In this document: piece after piece, positions 9,556-18,493 of the stretch
Layout of the letters: every line of letters begins with the position of its first letter
Position numbering within the stretch: the first letter of the stretch is position 1
Sequence record: MZ475891.1
Length of the DNA: 64,000 nt
Strand: one strand, 5' to 3'
Position numbers and translations under genes: made by a program
The notes under the pieces: generated by a model
Seen by the model: the letters and a program-made list of their open reading frames with translations, nothing else
Database searches by the model: none
What the model was told of the DNA's origin: nothing

Positions 9556-9961
9556 TCCTGATACTCACAGCGTATCTCTCCACTTCGGTCCGCATATCGT
9601 TCACGGTCATGCGCAGGAGACAGCGTTCGGTGAGGTGATGCAGTCAATGCTGCTACGTGAAATCAGTCGCAGTGCTCATGAATCATTTAGTAGCCTTGCT
9701 GTTGCCGAGCCTGCTCCAACCTTCGAGATTAAGGAGCAAGACGGCAGTTCTATCATTCGTGCTATTGAGCAATGGCGCCAGATGCTCGCTGATGCTCCTC
9801 AGCCCGAAGAGTTTACGCCGTGCAGTATCCCTGATTGGATGCGTCCTAGTTTGCGTGAGAGCGGCATGACTGACGCGCAGATTGATAGCATTCTGATCAC
9901 AGGCGTCGAACCTAATCTAGGCGATGCGCCTGGCGTGACATTCAGGACAGTAACCATCTAA
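9533..9961 (+). CDS. hypothetical protein
   Basis: 142 aa ORF, AGGAG RBS. Confidence 0.7.
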   Translation: MKMKKKFNPDTHSVSLHFGPHIVHGHAQETAFGEVMQSMLLREISRSAHESFSSLAVAEPAPTFEIKEQDGSSIIRAIEQWRQMLADAPQPEEFTPCSIPDWMRPSLRESGMTDAQIDSILITGVEPNLGDAPGVTFRTVTI

Positions 9962-10173
9962 TGGCTTGTGCTGGATGTGGCCGCCGTAGTTCGAAAATAA
10001 GCTACGGCCGTTCTTCTGCTCCTCCGACTGTTGTCGAAGAGGACGATACTCTCAGTGCAGCAAAGTTAACACCTCAAGGTTGGGTAAGCACTTGTGTTGT
10101 GTGCGGCGCTCAATCAACTCCGTCACCATTTGCAGACACGATTCAAAAAACGTGTGACTGCAAACCTCAATGA
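9961..10173 (+). CDS. small Cys-rich protein (CAGC, CVVC, CDC), putative zinc-binding
   Basis: 70 aa, start overlaps the previous stop. Confidence 0.65.
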   Translation: MACAGCGRRSSKISYGRSSAPPTVVEEDDTLSAAKLTPQGWVSTCVVCGAQSTPSPFADTIQKTCDCKPQ

Positions 10174-10181
10174 GATAAGTT

Positions 10182-10883
10182 ATGAACACAGTCTACCTGC
10201 CGTCTTTGATTGATGCGCTCAACAACTGCCGCTTCTATGCAGCGAACATGATCAACATTCAGTTCAACATGCGTCTTGAGGCATGTCCTCCTGAGCATCC
10301 TGAAGTGCCAGAAGAAGATCATCAATTGCTGGTGGCTCGTATCGCTCAGGAGTTTGACAACGCTGTGAGTCGCACTGACCTGCGCTGGGATGCAAAGCCT
10401 CTGATTCATCGCTTCCGCGCACTGCACTCTCAGTATCTTACTGCGGTTGGCGGTGAGTTGCAGTTCGACCGAATCCCGGAACTGTCTTATCCGATTCCGT
10501 TCCCGTTCACTGAGAACACACCGCCTGATCAAGAGATCGCGCGTCGTCATCTGCGTTACACTGGCGAACAGGTTCGCGCATATCAGTACATGGTCTGCTT
10601 GTCGCGCTACACGCACAAGGAGGAGACGTACTATCTGCCTTCTCCTCCTGACCAGTTTGAGATGCCTGATGTTGATGCCTCACTGCCTTTCGATAGCGCA
10701 CAGTCCCAGATCGCTGGTATCTTCCTCGAACACTATCAGCGCGTTGAACCTCCTCGCTATCGTGAGCAGGCGCTCCTCGAAGAAGTGGGTCGTGAGAAAA
10801 TGCTGCCTATGATTTCTCAGTGTCGTTTCTGGATCTACAAGGCATTCCCTACAGCTATCGAAAAGGTTGAAACAAATGACTGA
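10182..10883 (+). CDS. hypothetical protein
   Basis: 233 aa ORF. Confidence 0.75.
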   Translation: MNTVYLPSLIDALNNCRFYAANMINIQFNMRLEACPPEHPEVPEEDHQLLVARIAQEFDNAVSRTDLRWDAKPLIHRFRALHSQYLTAVGGELQFDRIPELSYPIPFPFTENTPPDQEIARRHLRYTGEQVRAYQYMVCLSRYTHKEETYYLPSPPDQFEMPDVDASLPFDSAQSQIAGIFLEHYQRVEPPRYREQALLEEVGREKMLPMISQCRFWIYKAFPTAIEKVETND

Positions 10884-11397
10884 TGTGGTTGTGTTCGACA
10901 AGCAAAGTGAGTGGGAAGACTTTGGTAGTGCAGTCTACGAAGAATTCCGACTAAACGTAATGACGGGCAGTAGCAGCGCATCTCAGATTCCTTCTGTTGT
11001 TGCGTCTGAGGATGTGAAGCACGTTCTCAACTATGCCAATAAAGGTCTGGACCAATCGCCTATCGTTGTGCTGGACGTTCTTATTCGTGAGATTGATCTG
11101 GCGGAAGGTGAATCGCGCAACTACGATGCAGACGGTCTGGACAGCGCTGTGCGTAAGATTGTTGACCTGTACAAAGCGCGTGCTGCTGATCTTGATTGTC
11201 ACCTGACAGGTAACTTCCTGAACACTGGTCATCAGGTTGATGGTGCGTTGCTGCGTATCTATCGCAACAGCGACTGGTCATGCAAAGGTCACCCAGAAGT
11301 TCTCGTCGGCCCTATTGGTATGTATCACTGTGACAAGTGCGGTGAACTGCAAGTGGCCGGAACATTCCACTCAGTACCGGAGCAAGCGAATGTCTGA
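10876..11397 (+). CDS. hypothetical protein with C-terminal zinc-ribbon-like motif (C..H...YHCDKCG)
   Basis: ORF with AAGG RBS; Cys/His motif. Confidence 0.7.
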   Translation: MTDVVVFDKQSEWEDFGSAVYEEFRLNVMTGSSSASQIPSVVASEDVKHVLNYANKGLDQSPIVVLDVLIREIDLAEGESRNYDADGLDSAVRKIVDLYKARAADLDCHLTGNFLNTGHQVDGALLRIYRNSDWSCKGHPEVLVGPIGMYHCDKCGELQVAGTFHSVPEQANV

Positions 11398-11860
11398 TAA
11401 AGGCGGTTTGTGGCGTGTCTTCCCTGACTATGACTCGGAAGAGATGATGATCAAACTCAACATGGCTATCGGCGTTGACCCTGACGATGATGGCGTGCCT
11501 GATGAGTTGCATGTTACTCTGGCTTATGATGAAACTAACCCTGACGTCGAGGCAGAAGTGAATCATCCGGGTGAGTTCTTTGCGACTGTCACAGGTGTTG
11601 AGCTGTTTGGTGAAGGTCAGGATAAGATTCTGGTGCTCGTGCTCGAATCGCCTGACCTGTGTGCAGAGCATGATCGCATTCACGCATGTGGTGCTGCCAA
11701 GTTCTCTCACTCTCCGTATCGTCCACACGTTACGCTGTTGAAGCGTGCGAAAGACAGCCAGGTTGAATATCTGAATCAGATCATTCAGCATCCAGGGCGT
11801 CCACCAATCACCCTGCGCTTCATCGATGAAGATCGCAAGGTGTTGGACAAGCGTAGTTAA
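11390..11860 (+). CDS. acb1: 2H phosphodiesterase, Acb1/T4 gp57B-like anti-CBASS nuclease
   Basis: Two HxT motifs (LHVTLAY, PHVTLL); LVLVLESPDLCAEH...CGA...YRPHVTL resembles T4 Acb1 LVLVLDSEYLRCRH...LGA...YTPHITL as recalled; start at ATG 11390 behind GGAG. Confidence 0.75.
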   Translation: MSDKGGLWRVFPDYDSEEMMIKLNMAIGVDPDDDGVPDELHVTLAYDETNPDVEAEVNHPGEFFATVTGVELFGEGQDKILVLVLESPDLCAEHDRIHACGAAKFSHSPYRPHVTLLKRAKDSQVEYLNQIIQHPGRPPITLRFIDEDRKVLDKRS

Positions 11861-11912
11861 AAACAAGCGGTGGCCAATGTGCTGCCGCTTTTGTCATTCT
11901 GGAGGAATTTCG

Positions 11913-12236
11913 ATGGAAATGCTCGTAAGCCTTAGCCATGAGTTGCGTGTCGATGAGCAAGACGCACGCACGGCAAAAGAAGCACAGCCTCAGCAAAATC
12001 CTGATCAAGCACGCGCCCTTGAGCTGCAAGAAAAGAAACGCATCGAAGACACTTATGGTGTTGAAGCTACTGATGAAGAAATCAAACGTGGCGAAGATGC
12101 AGAGGCCGAAAAGAAACAAGCAGAGGAAGAGTCTGCCAAGCCTGAGAAGGTTGAGAATCTCGGTCAGTTTAAGCCCCGTGAAGATCTGACTGCCTCACAG
12201 ATACAAGATGCGCACGATAAGCCAATCAATCTGTGA
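11913..12236 (+). CDS. hypothetical Glu/Lys/Gln-rich protein
   Basis: GGAGG RBS before ATG 11913. Confidence 0.7.
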   Translation: MEMLVSLSHELRVDEQDARTAKEAQPQQNPDQARALELQEKKRIEDTYGVEATDEEIKRGEDAEAEKKQAEEESAKPEKVENLGQFKPREDLTASQIQDAHDKPINL

Positions 12237-12240
12237 AAAT

Positions 12241-12248
12241 CTGTAAAT
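12241..12248 (+). promoter_or_regulatory. CTGTAAAT motif upstream of the sigma gene
   Basis: Intergenic, 33 nt before ATG 12282. Confidence 0.5.
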
Positions 12249-12281
12249 AAGAGTCAAAGCAACTGACAGGTGTATTTGACC

Positions 12282-13319
12282 ATGAATAACAAGTCTAACC
12301 TGACAGGCGGTCAAATCGAAAGCGTCATGGACACGATGCTTCACGACTGCCTGAGGGAGATTGTTGAGAATACGGATATATTCGATGTGCAGCTAACGTA
12401 CCTGTTGGCTCTCATCACGTCGAACAAAAAGCGTAAGCCCTACAACGCTCAAACCCGTGACCGCGCGATCAGCCTTCTGATTCGTGCGCTTTCAGTTCCT
12501 CGTAATCAGAAAATGATCTACATTCAGGAACTGAAAATGGAACGCAACTTTATCTATGTGTTCCTGGAAAATGTAATTAAGCGGTACTACGTTACTTATG
12601 TTGATCTCTATCGCGCATTCATTTGCACGCAAGATGAGGTCAAGCGTAAAGCGTATGCGAATCGCCTGAACGTGTATGTCAAAATGTTCGGTGCCGATTC
12701 CCGCTCCAAACTGTTTGTTGCGCTGTGCCGCTTAAACGATCTGATGCCGCAGTTCATGGAATACTTCCATAGCGTTGTCGGTGACTTCTATCGTCTGAGC
12801 AGCAAGCAAACGAAATTTTATATTGATACCAATAAAGGCAAGCTATACGACAGCAAGGACGTGCGTCAAAACTTCCTGCGCAATATCATTATTGCTATCA
12901 ATAAGTATGACTCGTCGCGAGGTGCGATAGTCAGCTACGTGAAGTGGTGGATTCTGAACGCTCAAACCTGTAGCAGCTCCGAGCATGAGTACGGTATTGC
13001 TTACACGATACCTCAGACTCAGCGTAAGAAACTCGCAACAGGTGAAGACAACACTTCAATGAATTTCTCGGTTAGTCTCGATGCTCCAACGTCTGAATCT
13101 GATGAAGGGGCGGACGCGTCCTTGCATCAAAAGGTGAGTGACCACCATCACCTTGAAGATCACGTTGATAGCGAAAGACGTACTGAAAAACTGAGGCTGC
13201 TTATTAAGCGCGTTGACCCCTATGGAGTGGCCCGACTGACTATGGACGTCGGAGAGGAGTTCGATAAATTCGAGCTGGAAAAAATGCAGCGACATATGCA
13301 GCTTCAAGGGCTAGCCTAA
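12282..13319 (+). CDS. phage-encoded sigma70-family RNA polymerase sigma factor
   Basis: Region-2-like DVRQNFLRNIIIAINKYDSSRGAIVSYVKWWI; region-3-like VSLDAP. Confidence 0.75.
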   Translation: MNNKSNLTGGQIESVMDTMLHDCLREIVENTDIFDVQLTYLLALITSNKKRKPYNAQTRDRAISLLIRALSVPRNQKMIYIQELKMERNFIYVFLENVIKRYYVTYVDLYRAFICTQDEVKRKAYANRLNVYVKMFGADSRSKLFVALCRLNDLMPQFMEYFHSVVGDFYRLSSKQTKFYIDTNKGKLYDSKDVRQNFLRNIIIAINKYDSSRGAIVSYVKWWILNAQTCSSSEHEYGIAYTIPQTQRKKLATGEDNTSMNFSVSLDAPTSESDEGADASLHQKVSDHHHLEDHVDSERRTEKLRLLIKRVDPYGVARLTMDVGEEFDKFELEKMQRHMQLQGLA

Positions 13320-13321
13320 AA

Positions 13322-13329
13322 CTGTAAAC
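13322..13329 (+). promoter_or_regulatory. CTGTAAAC motif upstream of the SSB gene
   Basis: Intergenic, 37 nt before ATG 13367. Confidence 0.5.
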
Positions 13330-13366
13330 ATTGCGTAACAGCAAAACTCAATATTGAGGATATACA

Positions 13367-14623
13367 ATGGGACGTGGATTTGGTGACATTCAGGACAACA
13401 GCAAACGCGATAGCCTTCGCGAGTCCGAAATTTTTGAAATCTTCCCTTTAGCGAAGAAAGCGAACGGCACGTGGGTATCGATTCGTCTGTTGGACCTTGA
13501 CCTGCTTCCAATCAAGAAGCACTGGATTAAGATCATGGGCGGGAAAGATAAAGATAAGGAAATCAAAATCCCGCGTATGTGCGTCAGCTTCGACCCTGAC
13601 AATCAGAACAAGCCGCTCAAAGGCATGAAGTGTCCGTACTGTGGTATTCAACACGGTAACGATGAGTCGGGTGCACCAGCGCAGTATGACTACAAGTGGT
13701 ACGCGCAAGCAATCATTCGTGATGTGCAGGCCGGTGCTCCTCGTAAAATGCCGAGCATGACTAAGAAAGAACAAAAGTCAGGCAAGAAAGAAATGGGCAG
13801 CGAGTCTTGGACTCCTGTGCAGTGTATCGGTCTGTCGAACTCTCTGGCAAGTAAAATCCAGCAGCTTGGTGAACGTAACATTCACACAGTCAAAGATAAG
13901 AAAACCGGTAAGAAGTCTAAGCAGGCGTTCCAGGTTAACCATCCGAAGTATGGCTGTGATATTGAAATCAAATACAACGCCAAGAAATCTCCGGCTGAAC
14001 GTTACACCCTCGAACGTGGCGATCATACTCCACTGACGAAAGATGAACAGGCGTATCTGACCTGGGACTTCGACAACTGGAACGAAATCTACGACCTGCT
14101 GGGCCGTCTGGACGAAGATGCTGCTATGGCAGACTTCAAAAAGATGGACGTTCTCGGTGGTGAGTCTCAAGTCGATGGAGACGACGATGAAGACGAAGAC
14201 GATGATGACGACATGGCGCTCGGTAAGAAAAAGAAAGGCGCCAAAGGCAAAGCGGACAAGAAAAAGCGCCGCTCAATGGACGATGATGACGAAGACGACG
14301 ACGAAGACGATGAAGATGATCGTCCGTCAAAATCTAAGAAGTCCAAGTCCAAGTCGAAGTCTCGTGCTCTGTTAGACGACGATGAAGACGACGAAGACGA
14401 TGACGATGAGCCTAAGAAGAAAAAGAAATCTTCTAAGGACAAGTCGTCCAAGTCGTCTAAAGTGAAATCCAAAAAGTCTAAGAAGTCAGATGATGACGAC
14501 GAAGACGAAGACGACGAAGATGATAAGCCGAAGAAGAAAAAGAAATCCTCTTCGGTGAAGTCGTCGTCTAAGAAAAAGTCTTCGAAGGACGATGAGCCTA
14601 AGAAGAAAAAGAAAAAGAAGTAA
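13367..14623 (+). CDS. gp32-like single-stranded DNA-binding protein with long acidic/basic block tail
   Basis: VSIRLL, HW...C...CPYC zinc site, GCDIEIK; directly upstream of recA; tail is D/E and K/S blocks. Confidence 0.7.
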   Translation: MGRGFGDIQDNSKRDSLRESEIFEIFPLAKKANGTWVSIRLLDLDLLPIKKHWIKIMGGKDKDKEIKIPRMCVSFDPDNQNKPLKGMKCPYCGIQHGNDESGAPAQYDYKWYAQAIIRDVQAGAPRKMPSMTKKEQKSGKKEMGSESWTPVQCIGLSNSLASKIQQLGERNIHTVKDKKTGKKSKQAFQVNHPKYGCDIEIKYNAKKSPAERYTLERGDHTPLTKDEQAYLTWDFDNWNEIYDLLGRLDEDAAMADFKKMDVLGGESQVDGDDDEDEDDDDDMALGKKKKGAKGKADKKKRRSMDDDDEDDDEDDEDDRPSKSKKSKSKSKSRALLDDDEDDEDDDDEPKKKKKSSKDKSSKSSKVKSKKSKKSDDDDEDEDDEDDKPKKKKKSSSVKSSSKKKSSKDDEPKKKKKKK

Positions 14624-14631
14624 AATGAATC

Positions 14632-14660
14632 GGGGTGGCTAGCGCCGCCCCTTTCTTTTC
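14632..14660 (+). terminator. intrinsic terminator
   Basis: GGGGTGGC-TAGC-GCCGCCCC followed by TTTCTTTTC. Confidence 0.7.
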
Positions 14661-14682
14661 TCCACTCAGGAATTATCTCTCA

Positions 14683-17184
14683 ATGGCAAAAGAGAAGAAG
14701 GCCAAAGCAAGCAAGAAGGCGAAAGCTGTTGCTTCTGATGACATTGGCGGGACCGTAGTAGAACTGTTTAGTCTGGGTAGCTACATGGACGACGTCCTCG
14801 ATGCTATCGAAAAGAAGACGAAAGTTAGTTCCGCTGATGCTGCCCGACATGCTCCTCGTATCTCGACCGGTGTGCTTGCTCTCGACATGTATCTGGATGG
14901 TGGTATCGTGCCTGGCGGCTGGTACACGTTCAGCGGCGGTGAGCAATCATGTAAGTCAACCATGACCATGAGTATCATGGCCTCTCTTATTCGTCTCAAG
15001 TACAGCGGCATTAGCGTTGTGTTTGACTACGAAGGTTCTACCGATGCCGACTACGTTGCTGGTCAGCTCAAAACATTCGGCGTTAAAGTCGATCCGAAAA
15101 CTATCTTCGGTGTGCGTGATGAAGAAGGCGGCTGGATCATCAAGCCTACCATTCGCTACTACGCGCCTGACAACGGTGAGCGCTTCTTCGATTATATGTC
15201 GATGCTGCGTCGTCGCCTGCCTGACAAGATCGTTGAGAAAGACGGTTCAGCTTACTACCTCTTCGAGAACACCAAAGAGAACTCGAAGAAGCTGGCAGGC
15301 AAGTACGATAAGAAGTGGTTCAGTCGTAACAACCAGTTCAAAGTTCCTGCGCCAGATGGCCACATGCAGGCTGCTGTTATCGTTGACTCATATCCGGCAA
15401 TGCTGCCTGATCAGGTCGATGACGACGACGGTTCAAAAGCAATGGCTCTGCAAGCGCGTATGTTCTCCGATGGCATCAAACGTTTCCGTGGCGGTATGCG
15501 CCGTAAGATGATGACTATCGTGGGCGTTAACCAGTTGCGCCAGAAGCCTGCTGTAATGTTCGGTAGCCCTGAATATGAGCCAGGCGGGGACGCTCTCAAG
15601 TTCTATTGCTTCGCTGATGACACGCGCATTCGTACCGACCACGGTGTGTTGACTGCGCCTCAGATTAAAGCGTTGCTGGACGAAGGCAAAGAAGTTTGTG
15701 TTGAATCGTTCGAAGGCTTCCAGAAGATTAACGGCGCGTGGAAAGTTGAAGACGCTCCTTATCCGATCGAAGTCAATGCTGGTGGCCATGTGTACATCGG
15801 CAGTGCTGAGCATCGTCAGTTCACCTTCATGCATGACACAACCGCAGAAGGTATGCGTGTACTTCGCCCTGAGTGGAACACGCTTAGCCAACTGGCTCAG
15901 TACCCTTCTGCGGAAGGTCAGTACGCTGCGATTCGTCTTGCGTCCGTCGAAGAACTCAAGCAGAACACGCCTGATCAATTCGATGCCTCCAGCAAGAACA
16001 TCGAGCTGGTGCTTTCTAACTGCGGTCCTGAGAAGCGTGATATTAATATCCTCTCTCATGACGGCACAACGTACACAATGCCTGCTGTGCTGATCGACGC
16101 CGTTGGTCCTTACGATCACGTTGAAGACTTCGCGCATTACATTCAGGACTTCCTGAACATCGGTATCTATGCGTATGCAGACAACTCCGGTATCTGGATT
16201 CCTGGTCTGGTTGAAGCTGACCTGCACAATGCTGTTGCACGCGATGCAGACTCTGGTTATCAGGGCGTTGACTTCTACGCTACCTCACGTCAGATCAGCT
16301 ATCAGATGATGGCAGTTATCTCTGATGTGTTCCCAGAGCTGACCCGCTTCGTTCTGGACTTCAACGCTAATCACGCGGAAGAACAGGAAGAGCAAGTTTA
16401 TCTGGCGCCTGGCTTTGACATTGCCGAAGCGATGGATGGCATTCTGCACAAAGAGATCAGCGGCTACGACGACCAATACGATCTGCTGATGCAGCAACTG
16501 GCCTACGTTGAAGACTGGTTCAGTGTTGATGATCGTCTGCTGCCTGTACCGTTTACGCTGCGTGCGCTTGACAAGCAAGTTGAGTTCTGGGATGTTAACG
16601 TCGATGAAACTTCCGTCGTTATCACCAACAACTTCGTTAGTCATAACAGTGACGTTCGCGTTCGTCTGGCTTCTCGTGCTGTGCCTGAAGGCTGGCCGAA
16701 ACTTAAAGACGCGCCTGGCGTTGTCGGTGAGAAGTCTGTTTCTGTTGAAGGCGGTACTGACCGCTATCGCTTCATTGCAGCCAAGACCATCAAGAACAAG
16801 ATGGGCGGTATCCCGAACCAGCAGACGTGGTTACGCCTGTGGGAAGCTGACGGTAATGGTGAAGCACGCGGCTTTGACCCAGTGTTCGATACATGGCACT
16901 ACGTCAAAACTCTCGGCCTCGTCAACGGCACGCGCAAGTCGTTCAAACTGAAAGCGCCATGCCCTGTAGCATCCGAAGTTAAGATGGATTGGGATGACTT
17001 CCGTACGCTGATCAACGGTAACAAAGAACAGATTGTTAGCGTGTGCAAAAAGCTGAAAGTCAAACCTGTATCTCTGCGTCTGTGGGCGTTCAAGTTCGTG
17101 CAGTCCCAGAAAGGCAAAGATATGTTGAAAGCGTCGATCAGTAAGTCCGTCAAGAACGTTAACGACGACGAAGACGACGATTAA
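14683..17184 (+). CDS. recA: RecA/UvsX-like recombinase containing an intein
   Basis: RISTGVLALD, Walker A GGEQSCKST, Walker B VIVDS, GVNQLRQK, GGDALKFY; start at ATG 14683 behind AGGA. Confidence 0.92.
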   Translation: MAKEKKAKASKKAKAVASDDIGGTVVELFSLGSYMDDVLDAIEKKTKVSSADAARHAPRISTGVLALDMYLDGGIVPGGWYTFSGGEQSCKSTMTMSIMASLIRLKYSGISVVFDYEGSTDADYVAGQLKTFGVKVDPKTIFGVRDEEGGWIIKPTIRYYAPDNGERFFDYMSMLRRRLPDKIVEKDGSAYYLFENTKENSKKLAGKYDKKWFSRNNQFKVPAPDGHMQAAVIVDSYPAMLPDQVDDDDGSKAMALQARMFSDGIKRFRGGMRRKMMTIVGVNQLRQKPAVMFGSPEYEPGGDALKFYCFADDTRIRTDHGVLTAPQIKALLDEGKEVCVESFEGFQKINGAWKVEDAPYPIEVNAGGHVYIGSAEHRQFTFMHDTTAEGMRVLRPEWNTLSQLAQYPSAEGQYAAIRLASVEELKQNTPDQFDASSKNIELVLSNCGPEKRDINILSHDGTTYTMPAVLIDAVGPYDHVEDFAHYIQDFLNIGIYAYADNSGIWIPGLVEADLHNAVARDADSGYQGVDFYATSRQISYQMMAVISDVFPELTRFVLDFNANHAEEQEEQVYLAPGFDIAEAMDGILHKEISGYDDQYDLLMQQLAYVEDWFSVDDRLLPVPFTLRALDKQVEFWDVNVDETSVVITNNFVSHNSDVRVRLASRAVPEGWPKLKDAPGVVGEKSVSVEGGTDRYRFIAAKTIKNKMGGIPNQQTWLRLWEADGNGEARGFDPVFDTWHYVKTLGLVNGTRKSFKLKAPCPVASEVKMDWDDFRTLINGNKEQIVSVCKKLKVKPVSLRLWAFKFVQSQKGKDMLKASISKSVKNVNDDEDDD
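15607..16647 (+). mobile_element. intein (347 aa) in RecA with a degenerate LAGLIDADG-like remnant
   Basis: Begins C-FADDT, has block B GSAEHR, ends VSHN followed by Ser; removal restores ALKFY|SDVRVRL. Confidence 0.9.
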
Positions 17185-17228
17185 TTAACTCGCGGTCCTT
17201 CGGGGCCGCCCACTATCTGGAGAAAGAG

Positions 17229-17612
17229 ATGCGTACTCTGATTCATACCGCAGACGTAACCAATCTGTCTGTGCTGGAACTGGAAGAAGGCTCGGTAGCA
17301 AAGCCTGTTACTCCAAGCCTGATTTCTGATCTCAAGGAGTTGCTGTCGCGCGAAGACCTGAGTCAGAACATTCGCCACGTTGTGTTCATCTCTGCTGATC
17401 AGGTCGGTGTGTTTACCGAAGCTGAGATGATCAACTACTTCGATCCAATCGAGCAGGTGTCTGAAATCAACGCAGGCAATATCGGTACTGTGCTGGCGAT
17501 GCAGGTTATTCGTGTCGATGACAAGACTAATCTGATCGCAGTGGCTGCTGTCACTGATGTGGAAGAAGGCGTTACTATCAACGAGTTCAACGCATCACCT
17601 GTAAATCTGTAA
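17229..17612 (+). CDS. hypothetical protein, possibly a major-capsid P-domain-like fragment
   Basis: 127 aa, GGAG RBS; YFDPIEQVSEINAGNIGTVLAMQVI. Confidence 0.7.
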   Translation: MRTLIHTADVTNLSVLELEEGSVAKPVTPSLISDLKELLSREDLSQNIRHVVFISADQVGVFTEAEMINYFDPIEQVSEINAGNIGTVLAMQVIRVDDKTNLIAVAAVTDVEEGVTINEFNASPVNL

Positions 17613-17682
17613 ATAAAACAAGTGAGGACACGATTGCCCTCACTTAACTCACTCTGATAGGGCATTGACCCAGGAGATAAAC

Positions 17683-18405
17683 ATGACAATCAAATTTGTC
17701 GAAGTACCGAACGTTAGTATGTTCGAGGGTCTGGTGCATGGCGCCAACCGACACGCACAAAACGCCAACATCGGCGGCAAGGCTCGTTACGCATTCTACG
17801 TGGATGTGACAGAAGCTGCGGCAGAAGCTGCACTGTATTCAATGTTGCGCAAGAAGGCACACGCAGATGTTAGAGCTGTGGGCTACTCTGTTTCTCATAC
17901 TGTGCGCGGTATGACTCAACCCAAAGAGATTCCTGTTTTCTTGTCAGACAACTTGTCGCACATATCATTGGATTCTTTGAAACAAAATTTAGGTGAGTTG
18001 CTTCGTGCGCTATGCCGTTCGGCAGCCAGCTCTGATAGCAACATCATTCTGTATTACCAGAAGGACATGGCTTTCATCAAAAGCAAAATGTTCGATTGGG
18101 TTCTTGAAAGCAAACTGAGCAGACCTTCAAAAGTAGACTGCGAACTGTATGTTCGTTCCTCAAATATCGATCTTAACGTCCTACTTAATATCGTTAGAGA
18201 TCACGATTACATTGGTCACTTTGCATCTAACATACCACAAGAGATTACAATAGGCTCTGATGCGAGTGCCATAGATGCGGTCAAGTTATACGACACGGCC
18301 GACTTACTGGCTGCTCAAGGTCGCAAAGTGCATCTGTGCAATGACATTTACCGCAAAGCGTTGTCTATCTCCTTTGCCGACGGTATTCCGCGTAATCAAC
18401 TGTAA
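17683..18405 (+). CDS. hypothetical protein
   Basis: AGGAG RBS before ATG 17683. Confidence 0.75.
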   Translation: MTIKFVEVPNVSMFEGLVHGANRHAQNANIGGKARYAFYVDVTEAAAEAALYSMLRKKAHADVRAVGYSVSHTVRGMTQPKEIPVFLSDNLSHISLDSLKQNLGELLRALCRSAASSDSNIILYYQKDMAFIKSKMFDWVLESKLSRPSKVDCELYVRSSNIDLNVLLNIVRDHDYIGHFASNIPQEITIGSDASAIDAVKLYDTADLLAAQGRKVHLCNDIYRKALSISFADGIPRNQL

Positions 18406-18449
18406 ACCAAACACATTGCTGTGTGTAGTCTTTGGCCAAACTTAGGCTC

Positions 18450-18480
18450 GGGAGTCCAGGACGGGCTCCCATTTTTATTT
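18450..18480 (+). terminator. intrinsic terminator
   Basis: GGGAGTCC...GGGCTCCC followed by ATTTTTATTT. Confidence 0.7.
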
Positions 18481-18493
18481 CGGAGACAGAACA

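Noticed and set aside
14170-14620. GAC/GAT/AAG tandem DNA repeats (also 57910-58050 and 63340-63470) as arrays or satellites
   Set aside because: They are codon runs for D/E/K tracts inside ORFs, with no spacer structure
14590-14620. PKKKKKK as a nuclear localisation signal
   Set aside because: Prokaryotic host; it is simply part of the basic block pattern
14635-14682. Track start of recA at 14635
   Set aside because: It lies within a terminator hairpin; ATG 14683 has an AGGA RBS
17650-17670. Hammerhead ribozyme or known riboswitch suggested by CTGATAG
   Set aside because: Core is not CUGANGA and no GAAA/cleavage triplet arrangement was found
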